From contig CAXXYH010000003.1 of assembly GCA_963677925.2 (NCBI GenBank), positions 2,080,001 to 2,144,000 of the forward strand: DNA of 64,000 bases, written 5' to 3'. Position 1 is the stretch's first letter. Every line of letters starts with the position of its first letter. Shown one piece after another: positions 27,180-36,794 of the stretch. This stretch comes from Spirochaetia bacterium. GTDB taxonomy: Bacteria > Spirochaetota > Spirochaetia > UBA9216. Made by a program: the position numbers and the translations under genes. Below the pieces are notes generated by a model. It ran no database searches and was not told the DNA's origin. It saw nothing but the letters and a program-made list of their open reading frames with translations.

Positions 27180-27992
27180 ATGAGTAAATATTCAGAAACA
27201 CTGGATTTTCTAAAAAAGAATAATTTTGATAATACGGAAACAGCTCTGATTCTAGGATCAGGGCTGGGCATACTTGCTGATGAACTGGAAGACAGGGTAT
27301 CGCTTGCATACAGTGATATTCCCGGCTTTCCGGTATCAACGGTAGAAGGCCATAAGGGCGCTCTTGTAAAAGGTAATCTCAACGGCAAGCCCGTTATTGC
27401 AATGCAGGGCCGCTTCCATTTTTACGAGGGTTATGATATGAAGACCCTCGTGTATCCGGTGCGGATAATGCATCTGCTTGGTGTAGAAAAACTGGTTGTT
27501 ACCAATGCCGCCGGCGGTGTGAATACATCCTACAAGCCCGGGAACCTGATGCTTATAAGCGATCACATAAAAATGGTTGCCGACTCACCCCTTCGCGGCC
27601 TCAACGAAGCCGAGCTGGGGCCGCGTTTCAACGATATGAGCGAAGCCTACTCGAAAGAACTTAGAAAAACAGCAAAGGCTGCTGCTGAAAAAATTGGTAT
27701 AAGCGTTCAGGAAGGAGTCTATGCCTACATGACCGGTCCAAGCTATGAGACTCCGGCCGAAATAAGGGCACTCAGGGTTATGGGGGCTGATGCTGTCGGA
27801 ATGAGCACAGTACCAGAGGTTATAGCCGCAAGTCACATGGGAATGAAGGTCCTTGGCATCTCATGTATTACAAACATGGCAGCAGGAATTCTGGACCAGC
27901 CCCTGAATCATCAGGAAGTTGTTGAAACAGCCAATATGGTTCAGAATGATTTTATCAAATATATAAAAGAAATCATCAGTCAGATAGGCTGA
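27180..27992 (+). CDS. punA: Purine nucleoside phosphorylase (trimeric, PunA/XapA type)
   Basis: ILGSGLG, GRFHFYEG, TNAAGG, GPSYETPAE, VGMSTVPE, ITNMAAG. Confidence 0.95.
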   Translation: MSKYSETLDFLKKNNFDNTETALILGSGLGILADELEDRVSLAYSDIPGFPVSTVEGHKGALVKGNLNGKPVIAMQGRFHFYEGYDMKTLVYPVRIMHLLGVEKLVVTNAAGGVNTSYKPGNLMLISDHIKMVADSPLRGLNEAELGPRFNDMSEAYSKELRKTAKAAAEKIGISVQEGVYAYMTGPSYETPAEIRALRVMGADAVGMSTVPEVIAASHMGMKVLGISCITNMAAGILDQPLNHQEVVETANMVQNDFIKYIKEIISQIG

Positions 27993-28012
27993 TTTTTCTT
28001 ACACCATTGATA

Positions 28013-28049
28013 TTGACTTAATCAGTCTATTTAGTTAGCATGCTAACTA
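28013..28049 (+). promoter_or_regulatory. marR promoter and perfect 18-bp palindromic operator
   Basis: TTGACT (28013-18)-17-TAGCAT (28036-41); TAGTTAGCATGCTAACTA (28032-49) is self-complementary. Confidence 0.8.
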
Positions 28050-28051
28050 TC

Positions 28052-28498
28052 ATGGACATTTCAAAGACCGGAGACCTTACATTCGATGCCCTTTTATCAA
28101 TTCTTGAAGGCGGAATGATGCTGCAGAATGATATTGAGGCATTTCTAAATCCATATGGAATTTCCCACAGCCGTTTTTCAATTTTGATTACGATAAGCCG
28201 AAGCGGAGATGAGGGGATGATTCACAGTGAGATTTCCAGACTGCTGGGCAGAAGTAAACCTACCATAACCGGAATGCTGGTAAAACTTGAAAATGATGCC
28301 CTGATTGAATGCCTGCAGGATCAAAGAGATTTGAGAAAAAAAACCTACAGACTTACAAATAAGGGACAGGAGCTTATAGCATCAGTTGCAGAACCTTATA
28401 ACAGAAGGCTTGCAATGATGGCAGAGTCCTTGAACGTTGAGGATAAACAAAGTCTGATTACTATCATCTCCAAAATAAGGTTTCCGGTGCAGGAATAG
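28052..28498 (+). CDS. MarR-family regulator
   Basis: GISHSRFSIL, SKPTITGMLVKLE, DLRK..YRLT.KG; ATG 28052 preferred because ATG 28040 overlaps the -10 box. Confidence 0.88.
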   Translation: MDISKTGDLTFDALLSILEGGMMLQNDIEAFLNPYGISHSRFSILITISRSGDEGMIHSEISRLLGRSKPTITGMLVKLENDALIECLQDQRDLRKKTYRLTNKGQELIASVAEPYNRRLAMMAESLNVEDKQSLITIISKIRFPVQE

Positions 28499-28509
28499 GA
28501 AAGCAGCCT

Positions 28510-28821
28510 ATGAAAAACTATACCGGCTACTTTAACGTATTGAAACATCACTGCCTTGCAGGCGCGTCTGCAGACATCGATGCCGTAATGGCCGAGCTTG
28601 ATAATAACACAGACCTGCCTACAACAAGAGCTATAGACTTTTTCCTGAGCCTGGTGGATTCAGAGGAAGGTATTAAAAGGATTGAATACTACCTGTTCAA
28701 CGGCAGTCAGATTCAGAGAAACTACTGCACCCTGCTTTTTGCCAGAAGAAATGAATGGAAGCTTGTAAACAGGGCATATGAAATGGGCCTGGTAGATAAA
28801 ACCCAGGCCTATTCCCGATAG
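28510..28821 (+). CDS. Hypothetical protein co-transcribed with marR
   Basis: AGGA RBS; 103 aa; family not recognised. Confidence 0.65.
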   Translation: MKNYTGYFNVLKHHCLAGASADIDAVMAELDNNTDLPTTRAIDFFLSLVDSEEGIKRIEYYLFNGSQIQRNYCTLLFARRNEWKLVNRAYEMGLVDKTQAYSR

Positions 28822-28823
28822 CC

Positions 28824-29648
28824 TCAGATGGTAAGCCGGGTGCCGGAATGTATTTCCCGGTAGCCGGGGCACCTTTCCGCCAGGACTTTTCTGGCATGAT
28901 CGCCTGTACAGTGGCAGAGACCAAGGTTCCCTATACCATTATCAGCAAAGTATTCAACAGTCTTATCAAGGCGGCTGCTGTCTCCGGCAACCAGATGCGT
29001 ACCGCCAATTATGGTTTTAACAGGTTCATCGAACAGGGTCTTTATATAGTCGACAATATTCATAATGCCGGCATGAGAACATCCGACAATTACTGTAAGC
29101 CCGTCATCCTGCCTTAGAACAAGCAGAGCTTCATCCGCAAATCTATCAATACGGTCAAAGTCCTTTTCAAGAATAAATTCTGAGCTGATCTTTTCAATAT
29201 CATTGGTTCTTTTAAATCCGGACACAACAAAAATATCCGGCGCAATCTCGACCGCTCCTGAGGCAATTTTCCGATGAGTAATACCCTGCTCCGCCAGGAA
29301 GGCGGAATCAAAGTCGTTGCCTATGTATTTAAGTTTATTATCACGGAATACGTACTTGCCGTCGAGAAAGCCCTTTCCAGTGTAAAGGGTAAAATCTGTT
29401 GTTATTTCACAGAGCTTCCGGAATCCTCCGGAATGATCTGAATGTCCGTGACTGATAATGACATCGCTAACTTTGGAAAGGTCCTTCCCCAGAGCTTCCG
29501 CGTTGGCAGTAAATTTTCCGGTTTCACCGGTATCAAACAGAATTGATTTATCACCGGCTTCAATATAAAAGGAAAGCCCGTGTTCCGCTTTAAGCCCGGA
29601 ACCGGTCTCTGGATAATTTTCAATAAGAACGGTAATTTCAGCCTTCAT
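28824..29648 (-). CDS. MBL-fold metallo-hydrolase (COG1237 type)
   Basis: EHGLSFYIE, LFDTG, SHGHSDHSGG, GCSHAG, GGTHL, CHCTG. Confidence 0.9.
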   Translation of the reverse strand: MKAEITVLIENYPETGSGLKAEHGLSFYIEAGDKSILFDTGETGKFTANAEALGKDLSKVSDVIISHGHSDHSGGFRKLCEITTDFTLYTGKGFLDGKYVFRDNKLKYIGNDFDSAFLAEQGITHRKIASGAVEIAPDIFVVSGFKRTNDIEKISSEFILEKDFDRIDRFADEALLVLRQDDGLTVIVGCSHAGIMNIVDYIKTLFDEPVKTIIGGTHLVAGDSSRLDKTVEYFADNGIGNLGLCHCTGDHARKVLAERCPGYREIHSGTRLTI

Positions 29649-30638
29649 CTAGAGTTCCAGATTTTTAACGGCTAGGCTGTACGCATTCCAGGTAGTTCTG
29701 ACTATTGTATCCAGATCGCTGCATTCGGGTTTCCACCCAAGCAGAGATGTTGCCTTTTTGGAAGTAGCATATAATCCGGCTGGATCACCGGGGCGTCTTC
29801 CAACAATTTCTGCAGGAATCTCCCTGCCTGTAACCTCCCGAGCCTTGCCCAGGATATCGAGGACACTGAGGCCTGTTTCCGAACCGAGGTTGACTGTAAG
29901 GCTCTCATCTTTTTCAGTGATATAATCAAGCGCCATAACGTGGGCACGGGCCAGGTCTGTAACATGAACATAGTCACGAACACCTGTTCCGTCATGAGTA
30001 TCATAGTCATTGCCGAAAATCAGCAGCTTTTCACGCATACCGGCGGCCGCTTCCATTATTACGGGAATAAGATTCGCCGGGGCCTTCTCAAGCCCTGTAA
30101 TTTCACCATCGGGATCGTAGCCGGCGGCATTGAAGTATCTGAGAGCAGCAAACCGCAAACCCTTGATTTTATCGTACCAGGAGAGGAATCTTTCAATTTC
30201 AAGCTTGGTAAATCCGTAATAATTTTCAGGGTTTGTGGGATGATTTTCATCCATCGGCAGATATTCAGGTTCACCGAATACAGCGGCGGATGATGAAAAT
30301 ATGAACTTTTTAACATCATAGTCGCACATTGTATTAAGAATATTCATGGTTCCGCAGATGTTGTTGATTGAATATTTTTCAGGTTTAATCATTGATTCAC
30401 CGGCGGCTTTGAAAGCAGCAAGATGGACAACGGCCTCGGCCTCTGACGCCCTGAAAGCGGCTTCAAGCTGCTGTGGCTCAAGAATGTCGCCCTCAATAAA
30501 TGCCGCCTTTTCAAAAAGGTTATCCTTACAGCCTGAGCTCATGTTGTCAAAAACAGTGACTTCGTGATTTTTTGCAAGCAGAGCCTTAACAACATGACTG
30601 CCGATATAACCTGCTCCGCCTATAACTAAAACTTTCAT
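29649..30638 (-). CDS. galE: UDP-glucose 4-epimerase
   Basis: GGAGYIGSH, FSSSAAV, YGFTK, LRYFNAAG, RDYVHV.DLA. Confidence 0.95.
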   Translation of the reverse strand: MKVLVIGGAGYIGSHVVKALLAKNHEVTVFDNMSSGCKDNLFEKAAFIEGDILEPQQLEAAFRASEAEAVVHLAAFKAAGESMIKPEKYSINNICGTMNILNTMCDYDVKKFIFSSSAAVFGEPEYLPMDENHPTNPENYYGFTKLEIERFLSWYDKIKGLRFAALRYFNAAGYDPDGEITGLEKAPANLIPVIMEAAAGMREKLLIFGNDYDTHDGTGVRDYVHVTDLARAHVMALDYITEKDESLTVNLGSETGLSVLDILGKAREVTGREIPAEIVGRRPGDPAGLYATSKKATSLLGWKPECSDLDTIVRTTWNAYSLAVKNLEL

Positions 30639-30659
30639 AACTTCTCCTAAAAATTGACA

Positions 30660-31940
30660 CTAAAGGATTTTACCGGCCTTCAGCTGCCTGACGCTCAGTT
30701 CAGTTACTGCCCCGGTCCCAAAAACACTTTCCATCAAAGAACGGTAACTGTCAAGCCTGTCTGCAGGAATAAAAGCCTGAATGGAGCCGGCAAAGCCCCC
30801 GCCCTGAATCCTGCAGGCTCCCTGCCCTTCAAGAAAGTCTTCAGTGAGCTTCAGAGCAAGACTGACAGCCTGATTCTGCGGATGTGATCCCTGGTATATG
30901 TTCTGCAGATATTTAAACGATGAGTTGCCGGAGGCTTCTGCAAGACTGAAATATTCTTCTATATTATCATCCTGTAAAGCGGTAAACATGGCAGCGGCTC
31001 TATCCGTCTCACTTAGAAAATGTAGCGTCCGCAGCACTGCCCTGTCGCCATGCAGTTTTCTTATTTCGGGAATGAGTTGGACAAGCTGTTCGCGGTCTAC
31101 CTCTCTGCAGTTCTGCTTTCCGAAATATCCGGCAACCTGCCTCATCTCATTAGGGATCGCGCTGTATTCATCCGCAAGCTCAGCATGGCTCGATCTGCTG
31201 TCAACGGCGGTGAGCACATATCCATGACTCCGGAAATCGTAGCTGCACTGGCGGATAAGAGGTGCATCATCTCCGTAAAAATCGATCCCGACAATTCCGG
31301 CACAGGCACAGGCTACCTGATCCATCAAGCCTGATGCCTTTCCGAAATAATTGTTTTCGGCATACTGCCCGGCTTTCGCTATCTCAACAGGAGAAATCTC
31401 CCCTTCGTTATACAGCTCATTCAGAATCGAGCCTATCAGAACTTCAACAGAGGCTGAGGAACTCAGGCCTGAACCCTGAGCAACTTCAGAGTTCACACAG
31501 CAGCTGAAACCGCCGGTACGGTAATTGAGTTGTTCAAATCCGGAAAGGATGCCCCTGAGCAGCGATATCGTAGTTTCCTTCTCTTCCTCACGGAAGCTGC
31601 TGTCAGATGAATCCATTATTACAGGGTTATAACCATCTGAATGAAAATGTATCATACTGCTTTCCGATACAGACACTACAGCCAATGTATCAAGGGTTAC
31701 CCCTGCGGCCAGGACAATTCCCAGATTGTGGTCGGTATGGTTCCCGCCCAGTTCGGTTCTTCCGGGAGCGCTGACCATAAGTACGTCCTGCTCTCCGAAG
31801 GTACGGCGATGCTCATCAAGCAGTTTGATGTAACGGTTTTTTACTGAGCTCAAGTCGGTGTCATGATATACATCGCTTAATAAGCAATCATATTTACCAT
31901 CTGATATTTCACCTGATAATACGCTGCTTAGTTTAGTCAT
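30660..31940 (-). CDS. galK: Galactokinase (GHMP family)
   Basis: APGRTELGGNHTDH, GSGLSSSA, GLMDQ, GGGFAG. Confidence 0.92.
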   Translation of the reverse strand: MTKLSSVLSGEISDGKYDCLLSDVYHDTDLSSVKNRYIKLLDEHRRTFGEQDVLMVSAPGRTELGGNHTDHNLGIVLAAGVTLDTLAVVSVSESSMIHFHSDGYNPVIMDSSDSSFREEEKETTISLLRGILSGFEQLNYRTGGFSCCVNSEVAQGSGLSSSASVEVLIGSILNELYNEGEISPVEIAKAGQYAENNYFGKASGLMDQVACACAGIVGIDFYGDDAPLIRQCSYDFRSHGYVLTAVDSRSSHAELADEYSAIPNEMRQVAGYFGKQNCREVDREQLVQLIPEIRKLHGDRAVLRTLHFLSETDRAAAMFTALQDDNIEEYFSLAEASGNSSFKYLQNIYQGSHPQNQAVSLALKLTEDFLEGQGACRIQGGGFAGSIQAFIPADRLDSYRSLMESVFGTGAVTELSVRQLKAGKIL

Positions 31941-32976
31941 TTTCGACCCCGGTATAATGGATTTCAGAAAGCCCCCGGAGAATTTCTGCCGCGCCTTCGG
32001 CGGTGATGTCTCTCTGGGCCATCGCCAGCATCTCGTAGCCTACCATAAACTTCTTAACTTCGGCCGAACGCAGCAGTGGCGGATAATAATGAAAGTGAAA
32101 ATGGGTTTCCGGATATTCCGCTCCGTCTGTAGGCTTCTGATGAATCCCCATCGAATACGGAAAGGAAGTTGAAAAGAGGTTGTCATAACGGATACCAAGC
32201 CTCTTGATTACCGAAGCAAGGTCGGCTCTTTCTGCATGATTCATTTCATCTATCGAAGACATATGCCGCCTAGGCAGGATCATCACCTCATAGGGCCAGA
32301 CCGCCCAAAAGGGGACCAGAACTGTGAAACTGCCGGTCTCAAAAACTATCCTATCGCCTGTGCTGCGTTCCTGTTCCAGGTAGTCACACAGAAGGCAACG
32401 CCCTGTCTTATCCAGATGCTCCTTCTGATGTTTAAACTCTAGTGACGGCAGATAGGGAATTTTCTCTTCGGCCCAGACCTGTCCATGCGGATGGGGATTC
32501 GAGCAGCCCATAACCGCTCCCCTGTTCTCAAATATCTGAACATGATTAATATAATCGAGTTTTCCAAGCTCAAGATACTGCTCAACCCAGACATCAATTA
32601 CACCGCGGATATCAGCCTCATCCATCAGGGCCAGGGTAAGATCATGTCTCGGGGAAAAACAGATAACACGGCAGATTCCACGTTCCGCAGTTGCTTTAAG
32701 CAGGCCTTCTTCATAATCGAAGGGACTGGTATCCGGTAGTATCGCCATAAAATCATTATCAAAAACAAAGGTTGAGGAATAATCAGGATTCTTTTTTCCC
32801 CCTGCCCGGCCGTTCCCCGGACATAGATAGCAGCCGGAATCGTATTGAGGAAGCTTATCCCGGCCTGCCGACTCAACCTGCCCGTTCCAGGGCCGCTGGG
32901 TACGGTGAGGCGACACCTTAATCCATTCTCCGGTAAGAATATTTAACCTTCTGTGAGGTGAAGAAGTAAAATCCAT
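31933..32976 (-). CDS. galT: Galactose-1-phosphate uridylyltransferase
   Basis: HRR.N.LTGEW..VSPHR..RPW.G, CYLCPGN, FENRG..MGCSNPHPHGQ. Confidence 0.96.
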   Translation of the reverse strand: MDFTSSPHRRLNILTGEWIKVSPHRTQRPWNGQVESAGRDKLPQYDSGCYLCPGNGRAGGKKNPDYSSTFVFDNDFMAILPDTSPFDYEEGLLKATAERGICRVICFSPRHDLTLALMDEADIRGVIDVWVEQYLELGKLDYINHVQIFENRGAVMGCSNPHPHGQVWAEEKIPYLPSLEFKHQKEHLDKTGRCLLCDYLEQERSTGDRIVFETGSFTVLVPFWAVWPYEVMILPRRHMSSIDEMNHAERADLASVIKRLGIRYDNLFSTSFPYSMGIHQKPTDGAEYPETHFHFHYYPPLLRSAEVKKFMVGYEMLAMAQRDITAEGAAEILRGLSEIHYTGVEND

Positions 32977-33033
32977 ACTTTCCTCCTATGAATAACCACA
33001 TGGCTGCAGTCTATTGTTTGTTGATTATTTTTA

Positions 33034-33047
33034 TGTACACGTGTACA
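33034..33047. promoter_or_regulatory. LacI-type palindromic operator between galT and the LacI gene
   Basis: Perfect TGTACACGTGTACA with central CG. Confidence 0.75.
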
Positions 33048-33057
33048 ATAATCCATA

Positions 33058-34080
33058 ATGAACCGGAAATCAAGTATCCAGATGAAGAGCCAGCCTAAAA
33101 ACCCTACAAGAAATGATGTTGCCGCCGCATCGGGAGTGAGCACCGCAACTGTTTCAAGGGTTTACAACAATCCTGAGTCTGTCAGCCCCGACAAGGTGAA
33201 AAAAGTTCTTGAGACAGCGGAAAAACTCGGTTACGAACCTGATAAAAATGCGAGCGCGCTGCGCAGAAACGGGACAGGGATCATCTCACTTGTGCAGCTT
33301 AAGAAGCCCCGGCGCAAGTATTACTGGGCTGATATGCCAGTGTACAAATGGTTCTATGCCGATGTACTAAACGCTGTGAAGGATGTAGTTGACGTCAGCA
33401 TGTACAGCCTGAACCTGTCAACAGTAAGGGAAGAAAGCGATCTGCAGAAACTTAAAGGCCGCTGCGACGGTATAATCTGCTACGATGTGGATACAGCAGA
33501 AGAAGCCCAAATGATTGCCGCAGCCGGTATACCCTACATCATCGGCCATCACACGGCAGGCTTTGAAGGATTCAGCCGGTGCAGTACCGACAACTTCCAC
33601 GGCGGTCGGATGCAGGCGGAAATGCTGAAAGAAAGAGGCTGCCTGCACCCCTTATACCTGACCGGATATCTTGAATCCGTAACCCCTCATACGGACAGAC
33701 TTAATGGCTTTCTTTCCGTCTACAGCGAATATGAAATTGAGATACTCGAAGCAGGTGTCGGGAAGGATGCGGGATATGCAGCAGTTTCAGGAATTTCGGA
33801 AAAACTGAAAGACGGGAGCCTGGACGGGATTGCCTGTGTAAATGATATTACAGCAGTCGGTGCCGGATACGCAGCGGCTGATTCCGGTATAGATATTGGG
33901 AAAATACTGCCTCTTGCAGGCTATGACAACCTGCCGCTTGATTATGTACTGCCTTTTAAAATACTGAGTGTAGATATAATGCCTGACAGAATATATTCAG
34001 AGGGGGCTGCAGCTCTATTGAGCTCGCTTGCAGGCGGGAAGATTGTCAGTAAGACGGTAGTGCCGAAGGCTGTTGGTTAG
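33058..34080 (+). CDS. LacI-family regulator (likely gal operon repressor)
   Basis: DVAAASGVSTATVSRVYN, LGYEPD..ASALR; divergent from galTKE. Confidence 0.92.
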   Translation: MNRKSSIQMKSQPKNPTRNDVAAASGVSTATVSRVYNNPESVSPDKVKKVLETAEKLGYEPDKNASALRRNGTGIISLVQLKKPRRKYYWADMPVYKWFYADVLNAVKDVVDVSMYSLNLSTVREESDLQKLKGRCDGIICYDVDTAEEAQMIAAAGIPYIIGHHTAGFEGFSRCSTDNFHGGRMQAEMLKERGCLHPLYLTGYLESVTPHTDRLNGFLSVYSEYEIEILEAGVGKDAGYAAVSGISEKLKDGSLDGIACVNDITAVGAGYAAADSGIDIGKILPLAGYDNLPLDYVLPFKILSVDIMPDRIYSEGAAALLSSLAGGKIVSKTVVPKAVG

Positions 34081-34102
34081 GATATATTCTATCCTGACTG
34101 CA

Positions 34103-34151
34103 TAATCCGTGCAAATCTCCGCACCGTGCATACCCGATTTTAATCCGTGGC
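34103..34151 (-). repeat. Copy C of dispersed repeat
   Basis: Reverse complement GCCACGGATTAAAATCGGGTATGCACGGTGCGGAGATTTGCACGGATTA; internal CACGG units three times. Confidence 0.8.
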
Positions 34152-34169
34152 TAAACCAAGATCTCCAGG

Positions 34170-34227
34170 TTGACAAATATCTTCGGACTGCTTATATTTA
34201 ACATATGAATACATGTTCATATGTTAA
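34170..34227 (+). promoter_or_regulatory. Promoter and ArsR/SmtB operator
   Basis: TTGACA-17-TATATT; perfect inverted repeat TTAACATATGAA-N6-TTCATATGTTAA (34198-34227). Confidence 0.88.
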
Positions 34228-34236
34228 GGAGTACTC

Positions 34237-34590
34237 ATGAGCGACCTGGAAGAAAAAATATCCTGTAATCTGACAGAACACGATGCAGCAGAGCTGAAGC
34301 AAGGCCTTCCGGTGGAGGAGGAGCTGCAGGACCTGTCTGAGTTCTTCAAGGTATTCGGTGATCAGAACAGGCTCAAGCTGCTGTTCCTGCTGAAAAGCGG
34401 AGAATACTGCGTCCACGACTTATCTGTGATAATGGAGATGCAGCAGACTGCGGTAAGCCATCAGCTGAAAATGCTCAGACAGGCAAGACTGGTGAAGTAC
34501 AGAAAAGAAGGCAAAATGGTCTTCTACTCGCTCAACGACGGACACATTGAAGAAATTCTGGCGACAGGCCTTAAACATATAAACGAATAG
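34237..34590 (+). CDS. ArsR/SmtB metalloregulator (CadC/ZiaR-like)
   Basis: FFKVFGD.NRL, EYCVHDL, AVSHQLK.LR, YSLNDGHI....GLKH..E. Confidence 0.92.
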   Translation: MSDLEEKISCNLTEHDAAELKQGLPVEEELQDLSEFFKVFGDQNRLKLLFLLKSGEYCVHDLSVIMEMQQTAVSHQLKMLRQARLVKYRKEGKMVFYSLNDGHIEEILATGLKHINE

Positions 34591-34600
34591 GAGCTAAATA

Positions 34601-35908
34601 ATGGTACTTGAATACATTGGTTTATTTTTTAAAGAAGTATATTTCCTGTTTTTTGAAATGGCTCCGTACCTGGTACTCGGCCTTCTAATATCAGGGTTAC
34701 TGCATGTATTTCTAAGCAAGGATTTTGTTATAAAACACGTAGGCGGACATAACCTGTCATCAGTATTTAAAGCCGCACTGTTCGGAGTACCGCTGCCGCT
34801 CTGTTCATGCGGTGTTGTACCCACGGCTGTATATCTGAAAAACTCGGGCGCATCAAAGCCTGCTGTAACTTCATTCCTTATATCGACACCACAGACAGGC
34901 ATAGACAGTATTGCCGCTACGTGGGGGATGCTGGGTCCGCTTTTTGCCGTCTTTAAGGCAATTGCAGCTCTCTTAATGGGAACAGCCGGCGGAATAGTTG
35001 ATTTTCTGGCTACAGGGAAACGGTATTCCAAAGCAGAGCAGCAAAATGAGGATGAGGTTTTTACCAGAAAGGTAAACACTGCAGCTGCGATTGAATATAA
35101 AGGCTTTAAATCAAAACTGAAGGAAATGTTTAATTACGCAACATTTGAACTGCTTGATGATATTGCTGTCAACTTTGTTATAGGCCTTGCCATTGCGGCT
35201 GTTATTTCCATCGTAATACCTGATGAATTTTTCAGCGGCTCATTTCTCTCTAATAAATTCGTTGCCATGGTCCTGATGGTTGTGATTGGAATACCGATGT
35301 ATATATGCTCAACTTCAAGCATACCAATAGCTGTAGCACTGCTTGCGAAGGGTGTTTCACCGGGGGCTGCTTATGTATTTCTTGTAGCCGGCCCTGCGAC
35401 CAACGCAGCCTCACTGGCAATCATAAGCAAAACACTTGGTAAAAACAGCGCTATTCGATACGTGGCAACAATAGTAGCAGGAAGTCTTATTTTCGGTTTC
35501 CTGATGGATACCATATTTACCGCCATGGGCGTATCACCGATAAGCGGTGCATTGAACAATATTCATGAAGAAGCAGACCCCGGCTGGTTTACTATCTCTG
35601 TTTCACTGCTTCTTTTTGCGGCACTTGTATTTCTGTTTGGAAGAAGATTCAGGATGTTTGCATTACGGAGGAAAAACAAATCAACTCAGGCTCAGAACGC
35701 AGATAACGGAGATTCAGTCAGAATATGCATCCAGGGCATGGACTGCGGGCACTGTGCTGCGAGTGTGGAGCAGGCTCTTAATACAGTAAAAGGGATTGAT
35801 AAAATCAAAATCAACCTTAACGATCAGAGTGCTACATTAGAGGGTGATTTTTCACTCGAAGAGGCATCGGATGCTGTCCGAAAGGCTGGTTATGAAGTAG
35901 CAAAATGA
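34601..35908 (+). CDS. DUF318/SO_0444-type metal permease with C-terminal HMA domain
   Basis: GVPLPLCSCGVVP, FLISTPQTG.DS, PMYICSTSSIP, GPATN; GMDCGHC HMA motif. Confidence 0.9.
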   Translation: MVLEYIGLFFKEVYFLFFEMAPYLVLGLLISGLLHVFLSKDFVIKHVGGHNLSSVFKAALFGVPLPLCSCGVVPTAVYLKNSGASKPAVTSFLISTPQTGIDSIAATWGMLGPLFAVFKAIAALLMGTAGGIVDFLATGKRYSKAEQQNEDEVFTRKVNTAAAIEYKGFKSKLKEMFNYATFELLDDIAVNFVIGLAIAAVISIVIPDEFFSGSFLSNKFVAMVLMVVIGIPMYICSTSSIPIAVALLAKGVSPGAAYVFLVAGPATNAASLAIISKTLGKNSAIRYVATIVAGSLIFGFLMDTIFTAMGVSPISGALNNIHEEADPGWFTISVSLLLFAALVFLFGRRFRMFALRRKNKSTQAQNADNGDSVRICIQGMDCGHCAASVEQALNTVKGIDKIKINLNDQSATLEGDFSLEEASDAVRKAGYEVAK

Positions 35909-36008
35909 GTTTCTGACGACATGCCCGATTTCTCTGCTATTAAAATAAATGCGGATATTTGATTTTGAACTAGCCACAAATTAGACTTTAAATTACAGGA
36001 GTTCAAAT

Positions 36009-36716
36009 ATGAAAAGAATACTGATATTCACTATCATTCTTGTTTCTCTTACTGCAGGATGCACAGATCAGACTAATTCAACATCTCTGATCTTCCAATC
36101 AAGCAATACAGCTCTTGCAGCGAGAAGCCGCAGTGTTGAGATGGACACTGGAATTGAAATTACAAAATTCATCCTATCCATAAGAGAAGTCGAGTTCAAA
36201 CTAGATGAAACATCAACAGCAGCTTCCGATATATTCTTTGATGGACCATATGTAATTGACCTCATTGACTCTACAGGAGCTCTCTCTCAGACCATTGGTG
36301 CAGCAGAGATTCCTCCTGCCACCTACCAGACTCTCAGATTTAAGCTTCATAAATCTACTGACACAGCAGATCCAGATATCACAGACCGATCTATTTTCAT
36401 AGCAGGCACCATTGACAGCGTCCCCTTTGAAATGTGGCATGATGCAAGTGAGAATCTTGATATCGCAGAATCTACCGGTATAACAGTAGCAGAGGGGGCT
36501 GTGGATGTCGTTATAGATTTTAACATAAGAGCCTTCCTGGACCAGTCTGCCAATGCCGCCGACGGAGGAACCCTTATAGATCTCAGTACAGCAACAGACG
36601 ATGACTCTGATGGAACTATCGAAATAAACCCAAATTCGGAAGACAGTAATACAAACAAGGATCTTGCGGATGCACTCAAGGATAACATAAAACTTGTAGC
36701 AGATTTAATTGAATAA
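36009..36716 (+). CDS. Lipoprotein of unknown function (DUF4382-like)
   Basis: LTAGC lipobox; GPYVIDL...IPPATY..LRFKLHK pattern; acidic. Confidence 0.65.
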   Translation: MKRILIFTIILVSLTAGCTDQTNSTSLIFQSSNTALAARSRSVEMDTGIEITKFILSIREVEFKLDETSTAASDIFFDGPYVIDLIDSTGALSQTIGAAEIPPATYQTLRFKLHKSTDTADPDITDRSIFIAGTIDSVPFEMWHDASENLDIAESTGITVAEGAVDVVIDFNIRAFLDQSANAADGGTLIDLSTATDDDSDGTIEINPNSEDSNTNKDLADALKDNIKLVADLIE

Positions 36717-36737
36717 ATTATCATTATAACAGGATAA

Positions 36738-36771
36738 GTGCAGCCGGGAGGTCTCTACCTTCCAGCTGCGC
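36738..36771. terminator. Hairpin between convergent genes
   Basis: GTGCAGCCGGGAGG...CCTTCCAGCTGCGC. Confidence 0.6.
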
Positions 36772-36794
36772 CTTTAATATATATACTAAGGAAA

